A DNA stretch of 64,000 nt, from the NCBI GenBank assembly GCA_964016885.1, contig OZ024742.1:226362001-226426000 (forward strand). The letters run 5' to 3'. The DNA comes from Eledone cirrhosa. Taxonomy: Eukaryota. The notes under the pieces are model-generated. The model searched no databases, was not told where the DNA came from, and saw only the letters and a program-made list of their open reading frames with translations. A program made the translations under genes and the position numbers. Shown piece by piece: positions 52,290 through 64,000 of the stretch (position 1 is its first letter; every line of letters begins with the position of its first letter).

Positions 52290-55200
52290 AGTGTAGTAGT
52301 GGTAGTTGGTGGTGGTGATCTAGTGTAGTAGCGGTTGGTGATGATAGTGGTGGTGGTGGTGTAGTGTAGTGTAGTAGTGGTAGTTTGTGGTGGTGTAGTG
52401 TAGTAGTGGTAGTTGGTGGTGGTGTAGTGTGGAAGTTGTAGTTAGTGGTGGTGTATGTAGTAGTAGTAGTTGGTGGTGGTGTAGTGTAGTAGTGGTAGTT
52501 GGTGGTGGTGGTGTAGTGTAGTAGTGGTAGTTGGTGGTGGTGTAGTGTAGTAGTGGTAGTTGGTGGTGGTGGGGTAGTGTAGTAGTGGTAGTTGGTGGTG
52601 GTGGTGTAGTGTAGTAGTGGTAGTTTGTGGTGGTGTAGTGAAGTAGTGGTAGTTGGTGGTGGTGGTGTAGTGTAGTAGTGGTAGTTGGTGGTGGTGTAGT
52701 GTAGTAGTGGTAGCTGGTGGTGGTGGTGGTGTAGTGTAGTAGTGGTAGTTGGTGGTGGTGTAGTGTAGTAGTGGTAGTTGGTGGTGGTGGTGTAGTGTAG
52801 TAGTGGTAGGTGGTGGTGGGGGTGTAGTGTAGTAGTGGTAGTTGGTGGTGGTGTAGTGTAGTAGTGGTAGGTGGTGGTGGGGGTGTAGTGTAGTAGTGGT
52901 AGTTGGTGGTGGTGGTGTAGTGTGGTAGTTGGTGGTGGTGTAGTGTAGTAGTGGTAGTTGGTGGTGGTGGTGTAGTGTAGTAGTGGTAGTTGGTGGAGGT
53001 GGTGTAGTGTAGTAGTGGTAGTTGGTGGTGGTGTAGTGTAGTAGTGGTAGTTGGTGGTGGTGGTGTAGTGTAGTAGTGGTAGTGGTAGTTGGTGGAGGTG
53101 GTGTAGTGTAGTAGTGGTAGTTGGTGGTGGTGGTGTAGTGTAATAGTGGTTGTTGGTGGTGGTGGTGTAGTGTAGTAGTGGTAGTTGGTGGTGATGGTGT
53201 AGTGTAGTAGTGGTAGTTGGTGGAGGTGGTGTAGTGTAGTAGTGGTAGTTGGTGGTGGTGGTGGTGGTGTAGTGTAGTAGTTGTAGTTGGTGGTGGTGGT
53301 GTAGTGTAGTAGTGGTTGTTGGTGGTGGTGGTGTAGTAGTGGTAGTTGGTGGTGTAGTGTAGTAGTGGTTGTTGGTGGTGGTATAGTGTAGTAGTGGTAG
53401 TTGGTGGTGGTGTAGTGTAGTAGTGGTAGTTGGTGGTGGTGGTGTAGTGTAGTAGTGGTAGTTGGTGGTGGTGGTGGAGTGTAGTAGTGATAGTTGGTGG
53501 TGGTGGTGTAGTGTAGTAGTGGTAGTTGGTGGTGGTGGTATAGTGTAGTAGTGGTAGTTGGTGGTGGTGGTGGTGGTGTAGTAGTGGTAGCTGGTGGTGG
53601 TGGTGTAGTGTAGTAGTGGTAGTTGGTGGTGGTGGTGAAGTGTAGTAGTGGTACTTGGTGGTGGTGTAGTGTTGTAGTGGTAGTTGGTGGTGGTAGTGTG
53701 TTAGTGGTAGTTGGTGGTGGTGGTGTAGTAGTGGTTGTTGGTGGTGGTGTAGTGTAGTAGTGGTAGTTGGTGGTGGTGTAGTGTAGTAGTGGTTGTTGGT
53801 GGTGGTGTAGTGTAGTAATGGTAGTTGGTGGTGGTGGTGTAGTTTAGTAGTGGTAGTTGTTGGTGGTGTAATGTAGTAGTGGTAGTTGGTGGTGGTGGTG
53901 TAGTGTAGTAGTGGTAGTTGGTGGTGGTGTAGTGTATTGTAGTAGTGGTAGTTGGTGGTGGTGGTGGTGGTGTAGTGTAGTAGTTGTAGTTGGTGGTGGT
54001 GGTGTAGTGTAGTAGTGGTTGTTGGTGGTGGTGGTGTAGTAGTGGTAGTTGGTGGTGTAGTGTAGTAGTGGTTGTTGGTGGTGGTATAGTGTAGTAGTGG
54101 TAGTTGGTGGTGGTGTAGTGTAGTAGTGGTAGTTGGTGGTGGTGGTGTAGTGTAGTAGTGGTAGTTGGTGGTGGTGGTGGAGTGTAGTAGTGGTAGTTGG
54201 TGGTGGTGGTGTAGTGTAGTAGTGGTAGTTGGTGGTGGTGGTATAGTGTAGTAGTGGTAGTTGGTGGTGGTGGTGGTGGTGTAGTAGTGGTAGCTGGTGG
54301 TGGTGGTGTAGTGTAGTAGTGGTAGTTGGTGGTGGTGGTGAAGTGTAGTAGTGGTACTTGGTGGTGGTGTAGTGTTGTAGTGGTAGTTGGTGGTGGTAGT
54401 GTGTTAGTGGTAGTTGGTGGTGGTGGTGTAGTAGTGGTTGTTGGTGGTGGTGTAGTGTAGTAGTGGTAGTTGGTGGTGGTGTAGTGTAGTAGTGGTTGTT
54501 GGTGGTGGTGTAGTGTAGTAATGGTAGTTGGTGGTGGTGGTGTAGTTTAGTAGTGGTAGTTGTTGGTGGTGTAATGTAGTAGTGGTAGTTGGTGGTGGTG
54601 GTGTAGTGTAGTAGTGGTAGTTGGTGGTGGTGGTGGTGTAGTGTAGTAGTGGTAGCTGGTGGTGGTGGTGTAGTGTAGTAGTGGTAGTTGGTGGTGGTGG
54701 TGTAGTGTAGTAGTGGTAGTTGGTGGTGGTGGTGGTGTAGTGTAGTAGTGGTTGTTGGTGGTGGTGGTGTAATGTAGTAGTGGTAGTTGGTGGTGGTGTA
54801 ATGTAGTAGTGGTAGTTGGTGGTGGTGTAGTGTAGTAGTGGTAGTTGGTGGTGGTGTAGTGTAGTAGTGGTAGGTGGTGGTGGTGGTGTAGTGTAGTAGG
54901 GGTAGTTGGTGGTGGTGTAGTGTAGTAGTGGTAGTTGGTGGTGGTGTAGTTTAGTAGTGGTAGTTGTTGGTGGTGTGTAATGTAGTAGTGGTAGCTGGTG
55001 GTGGTGGTGGTGTAGTGTAGTAGTGGTAGTTGGTGGTGGTGGTGTAGTGTAGTAGTGGTAGCTGGTGGTGGTGGTGTAGTGTAGTAGTGGTAGTTGGTAG
55101 TTGGTGGTGTAGTGTAGTAGTGGTAGTTGGTGGTGGTGGTGTAATGTAGTAGTGGCAGTTGGTGGTGGTGTAGTGTAGTAGTGGTAGTTGGTGGTGGTGT

Positions 55201-58200
55201 AGTGTAGTAGTGGTAGTTGGTGGTGGTGGTGTAGTGTAGTAGTGGTAGTTGGTGGTGGTGGTGTAGTGTAGTAGTGGTAGTTGGTGGTGGTGGTGTAGTG
55301 TAGTAGTGGTAGTTGGTGGTGGTGGTGTAGTGTAGTAGTGGTAGTTGGTGGTGGTGTAGTGTAGTAGTGGTAGGTGGTGGTGGTGCTGTAGTGTAGTAGT
55401 GGTAGTTGGTGGTGGTGGTGTAGTGTAGTAGTGGTAGTTGGTGGTGGTGGTGTAGTGTAGTAGTGGTAGGTGGTGGTGGTGGTGTAGTGTAGTAGTGGTA
55501 GTTGGTGGTGGTGGTGTAGTGTAGTAGTGGTAGTTGGTGGTGGTGCTGTGTTGTAGTAGTGGTAGTTGGTGGTGGTGGTGTAGTGTAGTAGTGGTAGTTG
55601 GTGGTGGTGGTGTAATGTAGTAGTGGTAGTTGGTGGTGGTGCTGTGTTGTAGTAGTGGTAGTTGGTGGTGGTGGTGTAGTGTAGTAGTGGTTGTTGGTGG
55701 TGGTGGTGTAGTGTAGTAGTGGTAGTTGGTGGTGGTGCTGTGTTGTAGTAGTGGTAGTTGGTGGTGGTGGTGTAGTGTAGTAGTGGTAGTTGGTGGTGGT
55801 GGTGTAATGTAGTAGTGGTAGTTGGTGGTGGTGCTGTGTTGTAGTAGTGGTAGTTGGTGGTGGTGGTGTAGTGTAGTAGTGGTTGTTGGTGGTGGTGGTG
55901 TAGTGTAGTAGTGGTAGTTGGTGGTGGTGGTGTAATGTAGTAGTGGTAGTTGGTGGTGGTGCTGTGTTGTAGTAGTGGTAGTTGGTGGTGGTGGTGTAGT
56001 GTAGTAGTGGTAGTTGGTGGTGTAGTGTAGTAGTGGTAGTTGGTGGTGGTGGTGTAATGTAGTAGTGGTAGTTGGTGGTGGTGGTGTAATGTAGTAGTGG
56101 TAGTTGGTGGTGGTGTAGTGTAGTAGTGGTAGTTGGTGGTGGTGGTGTAGTGTAGTAGTTGTAGTTGGTGGTGGTGGTGTAGTGTAGTAGTTGTAGTTGG
56201 TGGTGGTGGTGTAGTGTAGTGGTGGTGGTTGTAGTTGTTGGTGGTGGTTTGTGTAGTAGTGGTAGTTGGTGGTGGTGTAGTGTTGTAGTGGTTGTTGGTG
56301 GTGGTGGTGTAGTAGTTGTAGTTGGTGGTGGTGTAGTAGTGGTAGTTGGTGGTGGTGGTGTAGTGTAGTAGTGGTATTTGGTGGTGCTGGTGGTGTAGTA
56401 GTGGTTGTTGGTGGTGTAGTGTAGTAGTGGTAGTTTGTGGTGGTGTAGTGTAGTAGTGGTAGTTGGTGGTGGTGGTGTAGTGTGGTAGTGGTAGTTGGTA
56501 GTGGTGGTGTAGTGTAGTGTAGTGTAGTAGTGGTAGTTGGTGGTGTAGTGTAGTAGTGGTTGTTGGTGGTGGTGTAGTTTAGTAGTGGTAGTTGTTGGTG
56601 GTGTAGTGTAGTAGTGGTAGTTGGTGGTGGTGTAGTGTAGTAGTGGTAGTTGGTGGAGGTGGTGTAGTGTAGTAGTGGTAGTTGGTGGTGGTGGTGTAAT
56701 GTAGTAGTGGTAGTTGGTGGTGGTGGTGTAGTGTAGTAGTGGTAGTTGGTGGTGGTGCTGTGTTGTAGTAGTGGTCGTTGGTGGTGGTGGTGTAGTGTAG
56801 TAGTGGTTGTTGGTGGTGGTGGTGTAGTGTAGTAGTGGTTGTTGGTGGTGGTGTAGTGTGGTAGTTGTAGTTGGTGGTGGTGGTGTAGTGTGGTAGTTGG
56901 TGGTGGTGTAGTGTAGTAGTGGTAGTTGGTGGTGGTGTAGTGTAGTACTGGTAGTTGATGGTGGTGTAGTGTAGTAGTGGTAGTTGGTGGTGGTGGTGTA
57001 GTGTAGTAGTGGTAGTTGGTGGTGGTGGTGTAGTTTAGTAGTGGTAGTTGGTGGTGGTGCTGTGTTGTAGTAGTGGTAGTTGGTGGTGGTGGTGTAGTGT
57101 AGTAGTGGTTGTTGGTGGTGGTGGTGTAGTGTAGTAGTGGTAGTTGGTGGTGGTGCTGTGTTGTAGTAGTGGTAGTTGGTGGTGGTGGTGTAGTGTAGTA
57201 GTGGTAGTTGGTGGTGGTGGTGTAATGTAGTAGTGGTAGTTGGTGGTGGTGCTGTGTTGTAGTAGTGGTAGTTGGTGTTGGTGGTGTAGTGTAGTAGTGG
57301 TAGTTGGTGGTGTAGTGTAGTAGTGGTAGTTGGTGGTGGTGGTGTAATGTAGTAGTGGTAGTTGGTGGTGGTGGTGTAATGTAGTAGTGGTAGTTGGTGG
57401 TGGTGTAGTGTAGTAGTGGTAGTTGGTGGTGGTGGTGTAGTGTAGTAGTTGTAGTTGGTGGTGGTGGTGTAGTGTAGTAGTTGTAGTTGGTGGTGGTGGT
57501 GTAGTGTAGTGGTGGTGGTTGTAGTTGTTGGTGGTGTTTTGTGTAGTAGTGGTAGTTGGTGGTGGTGTAGTGTTGTAGTGGTTGTTGGTGGTGGTGGTGT
57601 AGTAGTTGTAGTTGGTGGTGGTGTAGTAGTGGTAGTTGGTGGTGGTGGTGTAGTGTAGTAGTGGTTGTTGGTGGTGTAGTGTAGTAGTGGTAGTTTGTGG
57701 TGGTGTAGTGTAGTAGTGGTAGTTGGTGGTGGTGGTGTAGTGTGGTAGTGGTAGTTGGTAGTGGTGGTGTAGTGTAGTGTAGTGTAGTAGTGGTAGTTGG
57801 TGGTGTAGTGTAGTAGTGGTTGTTGGTGGTGGTGTAGTTTAGTAGTGGTAGTTGTTGGTGGTGTGTAATGTAGTAGTGGTAGTTGGTGGTGGTGGTGTAG
57901 TGTAGTAGTGGTAATTGGCTGTGGTGTAGTGTAGTAGTGGTAGTTGGTGGTGGTGTAGTGTAGTAGTGGTAGTTGGTGGTGGTGGTGTAGTGTAGTAGTG
58001 GTAGTTGGTGGTGGTGGTGTAGTGTAGTAGTGGTAGTTGGTGATGGTGTAGTGTAGTAGTGGTAGTTGGTGGTGGTGGTGTAGTGTAGTAGTGGTAGTTG
58101 GTGGTGGTGGTGTAGTGTAGTAGTGGTTGTTGGTGGAGGTGGTGTAGTGTAGTAGTGGTAGTTGGTGGTGGTGGTGTAGTGTAGTAGTGGTTGTTGGTGG

Positions 58201-61200
58201 AGGTGGTGTAGTGTAGTAGTGGTAGTTGGTGGTGGTGGTGTAGTGTAGTAGTGGTAGTTGGTGGTGATGGTGTAGTGTAGTAGTGGTAGTTGGTGGTGGT
58301 GGTGTAGTGTAGTAGTGGTTGTTGGTGGTGGTGGTGGTGTAGTGTAGTAGTGGTAGTTGGTTGTGGTGTAGTGTAGTAGTGGTAGTTGGTGGTGGTGTAG
58401 TGTAGTAGTGGTAGTTGGTGGTGGTGTAGTGTAGTAGTGGTAGTTGGTGGTGTTGTAGTGTAGTAGTGGTAGGTGGTGGTGGGGGTGTAGTGTAGTAGTG
58501 GTAGTTGGTGGTGGTGGTGTAGTGTAGTAGTGGTAGTTGGTGGTGGTGGTGGTGGTGGTGTAGTGTAGTAGTGGTAGTTGGTGTTGGTGGTGTAGTGTAG
58601 TAGTGGTTGTTGGTGGAGGTGGTGTAGTGTAGTAGTGGTAGTTGGTGGTGGTGTTGTAGTGTAGTAGTGGTTGTTGGTGGAGGTGGTGTATTGTAGTAGT
58701 GGTAGTTGGTGGTGGTGGTGTAGTGTAGTAGTGGTAGTTGGTGGTGATGGTGTAGTGTAGTAGTGGTAGTTGGTGGTGGTGGTGTAGTGTAGTAGTGGTT
58801 GTTGGTGGTGGTGGTGGTGTAGTGTAGTAGTGGTAGTTGGTTGTGGTGTAGTGTAGTAGTGGTAGTTGGTGGTGGTGGTGTAGTGTAGTAGTGGTAGTTG
58901 GTGGTGGTGGTGTAGTGTAGTAGTGGTAGTTGGTGGTGGTGTAGTGTAGTAGTGGTAGTTGGTGGTGGTGGTGTAGTGTAGTAGTGGTAGTTGGTGGTGG
59001 TGTAGTGTAGTAGTGGTAGTTGGTGGTGGTGGTGTAGTGTAGTAGTGGTTGTTGGTGGAGGTGGTGTAGTGTAGTAGTGGTAGTTGGTGGTGGTGGTGTA
59101 GTGTAGTAGTGGTTGTTGGTGGAGGTGGTGTAGTGTAGTAGTGGTAGTTGGTGGTGGTGGTGTAGTGTAGTAGTGGTAGTTGGTGGTGGTGGTGTAGTGT
59201 AGTAGTGGTAGTTGGTGGTGGTGGTGTAGTGTAGTAGTGGTTGTTGGTGGAGGTGTAGTGTAGTAGTGGTAGTTGGTGGTGGTGGTGTAGTGTAGTAGTG
59301 GTAGTTGGTGGTGATGGTGTAGTGTAGTAGTGGTAGTTGGTGGTGGTGTAGTGTAGTAGTGGTAATTGGCTGTGGTGTAGTGTAGTAGTGGTAGTTGGTG
59401 GAGGTGTAGTGTAGTAGTGGTAGTTGGTGGTGGTGGTGTAGTGTAGTAGTGGTAGTTGGTGGTGATGGTGTAGTGTAGTAGTGGTAGTTGGTGGTGGTGG
59501 TGGTGTAGTGTAGTAGTGGTAGTTGGTGGTGGTGGTGTAGTGTAGTAGTGGTAGTTGGTGGTGGTGGTGTAGTGTAGTAGTGGTAGTTGGTGGTGGTGCT
59601 GTAGTGTAGTAGTGGTAGGTGGTGGTGGTGGTGTAGTGTAGTAGTGGTAGTTGGTGGTGGTGGTGTAGTGTAGTAGTGGTTGTTGGTGGTGGTGGTGGTG
59701 TAGTGTAGTAGTGGTTGTTGGTGGTGGTGTAATGTAGTAGTGGTTGTTGGTGGTGGTGGTGTAATGTAGTAGTGGTAGTTGGTGGTGGTGTAGTGTAGTA
59801 GTGGTAGGTGGTGGTGGTGGTGTAGTGTAGTAGTGGTAGGTGGTGGTGGTGGTGTAGTGTAGTAGTGGTAGGTGGTGGTGATGGTGTAGTGTAGTAGTGG
59901 TAGGTGGTGGTGGTGGTGTAGTGTAGTAGTGGTAGTTGGTGGTGGTGGTGTAGTGTAGTAGTGGTTGTTGGTGGTGGTGGTGGTGTAGTGTAGTAGTGGT
60001 TGTTGGTGGTGGTGTAATGTAGTAGTGGTTGTTGGTGGTGGTGGTGTAATGTAGTAGTGGTAGTTGGTGGTGGTGTAGTGTAGTAGTGGTAGGTGGTGGT
60101 GGTGGTGTAGTGTAGTAGTGGTAGTTGGTGGTGGTGGTGTAGTGTAGTAGTGGTTGTTGGTGGTGGTGGTGGTGTAGTGTAGTAGTGGTTGTTGGTGGTG
60201 GTGTAATGTAGTAGTGGTTGTTGGTGGTGGTGGTGTAATGTAGTAGTGGTAGTTGGTGGTGGTGTAGTGTAGTAGTGGTAGGTGGTGGTGGTGGTGTAGT
60301 GTAGTAGTGGTAGGTGGTGGTGGTGTAGTGTAGTAGTGGTAGGTGGTGGTGGTGGTGGTGTAGTGTAGTAGTGGTAGTTGGTGGTGGTGTAATGTAGTAG
60401 TGGTTGTTGGTGGTGGTGGTGTAATGTAGTAGTGGTAGGTGGTGGTGGTGGTGTAGTGTAGTAGTGGTAGGTGGTGGTGGTGGTGTAGTGTAGTAGTGGT
60501 AGGTGGTGGTGGTGGTGGTGTAGTGTAGTAGTGGTAGGTGGTGGTGGTGGTGGTGTAGTGTAGTAGTGGTAGTTGGTGGTGGTGGTATAGTGTAGTAGTG
60601 GTAGTTGGTGGTGATGGTGTAGTGTAGTAGTGGTAGTTGGTGGTGGTGTAGTGTAGTAGTGGTAGTTGGTGGTGGTGTAGTGTAGTAGTGGTAGGTGGTG
60701 GTGGGGGTGTAGTGTAGTAGTGGTAGGTGGTGGTGGGGGTGTAGTGTAGTAGTGGTAGTTGGTGGAGGTGGTGTAGTGTAGTAGTGGTAGTTGGTGGTGG
60801 TGGTGGTGTAGTGTGGTAGTTGGTGGTGGTGGTGTAGTGTAGTAGTGGTAGTTGGTGGTGGTAGTGTAGTGTAGTAGTGGTAGTTGGTGGTGGTGGTGGT
60901 GTAGTGTAGTAGTGGTTGTTGGTGGTGGTGGTGTAGTGTAGTAGTGGTAGTTGGTGGTGGTGTAGTGTAGTAGTGGTAGTTGGTGGTGCTGTGTTGTAGT
61001 AGTGGTAGTTGGTGGTGTGTAGTGTAGTAGTGGTAGTTGGTGGTGGTGTAGTGTTGTAGTAGTGGTAGTTGGTGGTGTTGTGTTGTAGTAGTGGTAGTTG
61101 GTGGTGTGTAGTGTAGTAGTGGTAGTTGGTGGTGTGTAGTGTAGTAGTGGTAGTTGGTGGTGGTGTAGTGTAGTAGTGGTAGTTGGTGGTGTAGTGTAGT

Positions 61201-63930
61201 AGAGGTAGCTGGTGGTGGTGGTGTAGTGTAGTAGTGGTAGTTGGTGGTGTAGTGTAGTAGTGGTAGTTGGTGGTGGTGTAGTGTTGTAGTAGTGGTAGTT
61301 GGTGGTGTTGTGTTGTAGTAGTGGTAGTTGGTGGTGTGTAGTGTAGTAGTGGTAGTTGGTGGTGTAGTGTAGTAGAGGTAGCTGGTGGTGGTGGTGTAGT
61401 GTAGTAGTGGTAGTTGGTGGTGGTGGTGTAGGGTAGTAGTGGTAGTTGGTGGTGGTGGTGTAATGTAGTAGTGGTAGTTGGTGGTGGTGTAGTGTAGTAG
61501 TGGTAGTTGGTGGTGTAGTGTAGTAGAGGTAGCTGGTGGTGGTGGTGTAGTGTAGTAGTGGTAGTTGGTGGTGGTGGTGTAGTGTAGTAGTGGTAGTTGG
61601 TGGTGGTGGTGTAGGGTAGTAGTGGTAGTTGGTGGTGGTGGTGTAGTGTAGTAGTGGTTGTTGGTGGTGGTGGTGTAGTGTAGTAGTGGTTGTTGGTGGT
61701 GGTGGTGTAGTGTAGTAGTGGTAGCTGGTGGTGGTGGTGTAGTGTAGTAGTGGTAGTTGGTGGTGGTGGTGTAGTGTAGTAGTGGTTGTTGGTGGTGGTG
61801 GTGTAGTGTAGTAGTGGTAGTTGGTGGTGGTGTAGTGTAGTAGTGGTAGTTGGTGGTGGTGGTGTAGTGTAGTAGTGGTAGCTGGTGGTGGTGGTGTAGT
61901 GTAGTAGTGGTTGTTGGTGGTGGTGGTGTAGTGTAGTAGTGGTAGCTGGTGGTGGTGGTGTAGTGTAGTAGTGGTAGCTGGTGGTGGTGGTGTAGTGTAG
62001 TAGTGGTTGTTGGTGGTGGTGGTGTAGTGTAGTAGTGGTAGTTGGTGGTGGTGGTGTAGTGTAGTAGTGGTAGTTGGTGGTGGTGGTGTAGTGTAGTAGT
62101 GGTAGCTGGTGGTGGTGGTGTAGTGTAGTAGTGGTAGTTGGTGGTGGTGGTGTAGTGTAGTAGTGGTAGTTGGTGGTGGTGGTGTAGTGTAGTAGTGGTA
62201 GTTGGTGGTGGTGTAGTGTAGTAGTGGTAGTTGGTGGTGGTGGTGTAGTGTAGTAGTGGTTGTTGGTGGTGGTGGTGTAGTGTAGTAGTGGTAGCTGGTG
62301 GTGGTGGTGGTGGTGTAGTGTAGTAGTGGTAGCTGGTGGTAGTGGTGTAGCATAGTAGTGGTAGTTGGTGGTGGTGGTGTAGTGTATTAGTGGTTGTTGG
62401 TGGTGGTGGTGTAGTGTAGTAGTGGTAGCTGGTGGTGGTGGTGGTGGTGTAGTGTAGTAGTGGTTGTTGGTGGTGGTGGTGTAGTGTAGTAGTGGTAGCT
62501 GGTGGTGGTGGTGGTGGTGTAGTGTAGTAGTGGTAGCTGGTGGTGGTGGTGTAGTGTAGTAGTGGTAGTTGGTGGTGGTGGTGTAGTGTAGTAGTGGTAG
62601 TTGGTGGTGGTGGTGTAGTGTAGTAGTGGTAGTTGGTGGTGGTGGTGTAGTGTAGTAGTGGTAGTTGGTGGTGGTGGTGTAGTGTAGTAGTGGTAGTTGG
62701 TGGTGGTGGTGTAGTGTAGTAGTGGTAGTTGGTGGTGGTGGTGTAGTGTAGTAGTGGTAGCTGGTGGTGGTGGTGTAGTGTAGTAGTGGTTGTTGGTGGT
62801 GGTGGTGTAGTGTAGTAGTGGTAGCTGGTGGTGGTGGTGTAGTGTAGTAGTGGTAGCTGGTGGTGGTGGTGTAGTGTAGTAGTGGTAGTTGGTGGTGGTG
62901 GTGTAGTGTAGTAGTGGTAGTTGGTGGTGGTGGTGTTGGTGTAGTAGTGGTAGTTGGTGGTGGTGGTGTAGTGTAGTAGTGGTAGTTGGTGGTGGTGTAG
63001 CATAGTAGTGGTAGTTGGTGGTGGTGGTGTAGTGTATTAGTGGTTGTTGGTGGAGGTGGTGTAGTGTAGTAGTGGTAGTTGTTGGTGGAGTTGTAGTGTA
63101 GTAGTGGTAGTTGGTGGAGGTGGTGTAGTGTAGTAGTGGTAGTTGGTGGTGGTGTAGTGTAGTAGTGGTTGTTGGTGGTGGTGGTGTAGTGTAGTATTGG
63201 TAGTTGGTGGTGGTGTAGTGTAATAGTGGTAGTTGGTGGTGGTGTAGTGTAATATTGGTTGTTGTTGGTAGCGTTGCACTGTAGTAGTTGTAGTTGATGG
63301 TGGTGGTGGTGTAGTGTAGTAGTGATAGTTGGTGGTGGTGTAGTGTAATAGTGGTAGTTGGTGGTGGAAGTGGTGGTGTAGTAGTGGTAGTTGGTGGTGG
63401 GGGGGTGTAGTGTAGGAATGGTAGTTGGTGCTGGTGGTGGTGGTGTAGTAGTGGTAGTTGGTGGTGGGGGGGGGGGGTAGTGTAGTAGTGGTAGTTGGTG
63501 GTGGTGGTGTAGTGTAGTAGTGGTAGTTGGTGGTGGTGGTGTAGTGTAGTAGTGGTAGTTGGTGGTGGTGGTGTAGTGTAGTAGTGGTAGTTGGTGGTGG
63601 TGTAGTGTATTGTAGTAGTGGTAGTTGGTGGTGGTGTAGTGTAGTAGTGGTAGTTGGTGGTGGTGTAGTGTAGTGTAGTAGTGGTAGTTTGTGGTGGTGT
63701 AGTGTAGTAGTGGTTGATGGTGGTGCTGTAGTGTAGTAGTGGTAGTTGGTGGTGGTGTAGTGTAGTAGTGGTAGTTGGTGGTGTGTAGTGTAGTAGTGGT
63801 AGTTGGTGCTGGTGGTGTAGTGTAGTAGTGTTAGTTGGTGGTGGTGGTGGTTGTGTAGTGTAGTAGTTGTAGTTGGTGGTGGTGGTGTAGTGTAGTAGTG
63901 TTAGTTGGTGGTGGTGGTGGTGGTGGTGTT
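52290..63930. repeat. 11.6-kb G/T-rich satellite GTAGTGTAGTAGTGGTAGTT(GGT)2-6
   Basis: Hundreds of units with higher-order duplications at offsets 703 and ~1290. Confidence 0.97.
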
Positions 63931-64000
63931 AGTACTTATACAGTAGGTGGTGTTACTGCTGTAGTTGGTGGTGGTGTTAGTACTGTTACAGTAGTTGGTG

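Noticed and set aside
54547-63003. 2818-aa and 1504-aa minus-strand ORFs (extensin/mucin-like)
   Set aside because: The C/A-rich satellite strand nearly lacks stop codons. The 20+3n unit cycles through the same peptides in all frames, and there is no ATG context or flanking domain.
52290-64000. Telomeric array
   Set aside because: It is G/T-rich, but there are no TTAGGG tracts and the unit is long and variable.

Overview
Eukaryotic, AT-rich DNA saturated with repeats. The repeat inventory (tRNA-derived CORE-like and Meta-like SINEs, RTE LINEs with (GAT)n tails, very dense TA/CA/AGT/GGT microsatellites) points to an octopus or other coleoid cephalopod, which is an inference. No intact host gene can be supported; there is one tentative 90-bp exon. 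The left 42 kb is a mosaic of nested elements: a young 5'-truncated RTE LINE with a PHD-like finger inside its RT (27.2-30.0 kb), older RTE copies, a decayed DD37D (maT) Tc1/mariner transposon, piggyBac-like, hAT and Tc1 MITEs, SINEs, and minisatellites, one born inside LINE coding sequence and one at a LINE end. The most notable signal is a set of minimal type-I hammerhead ribozyme motifs of the Penelope-like-element (PLE) type at 220, 8439, 20596, 30460 and 30948. Two of them sit in the arms of an 845-bp near-perfect palindrome. The right 22 kb is a strand-asymmetric complex satellite with higher-order duplications, and its giant ORFs are composition artefacts. All alignments and RNA folds were done by eye.
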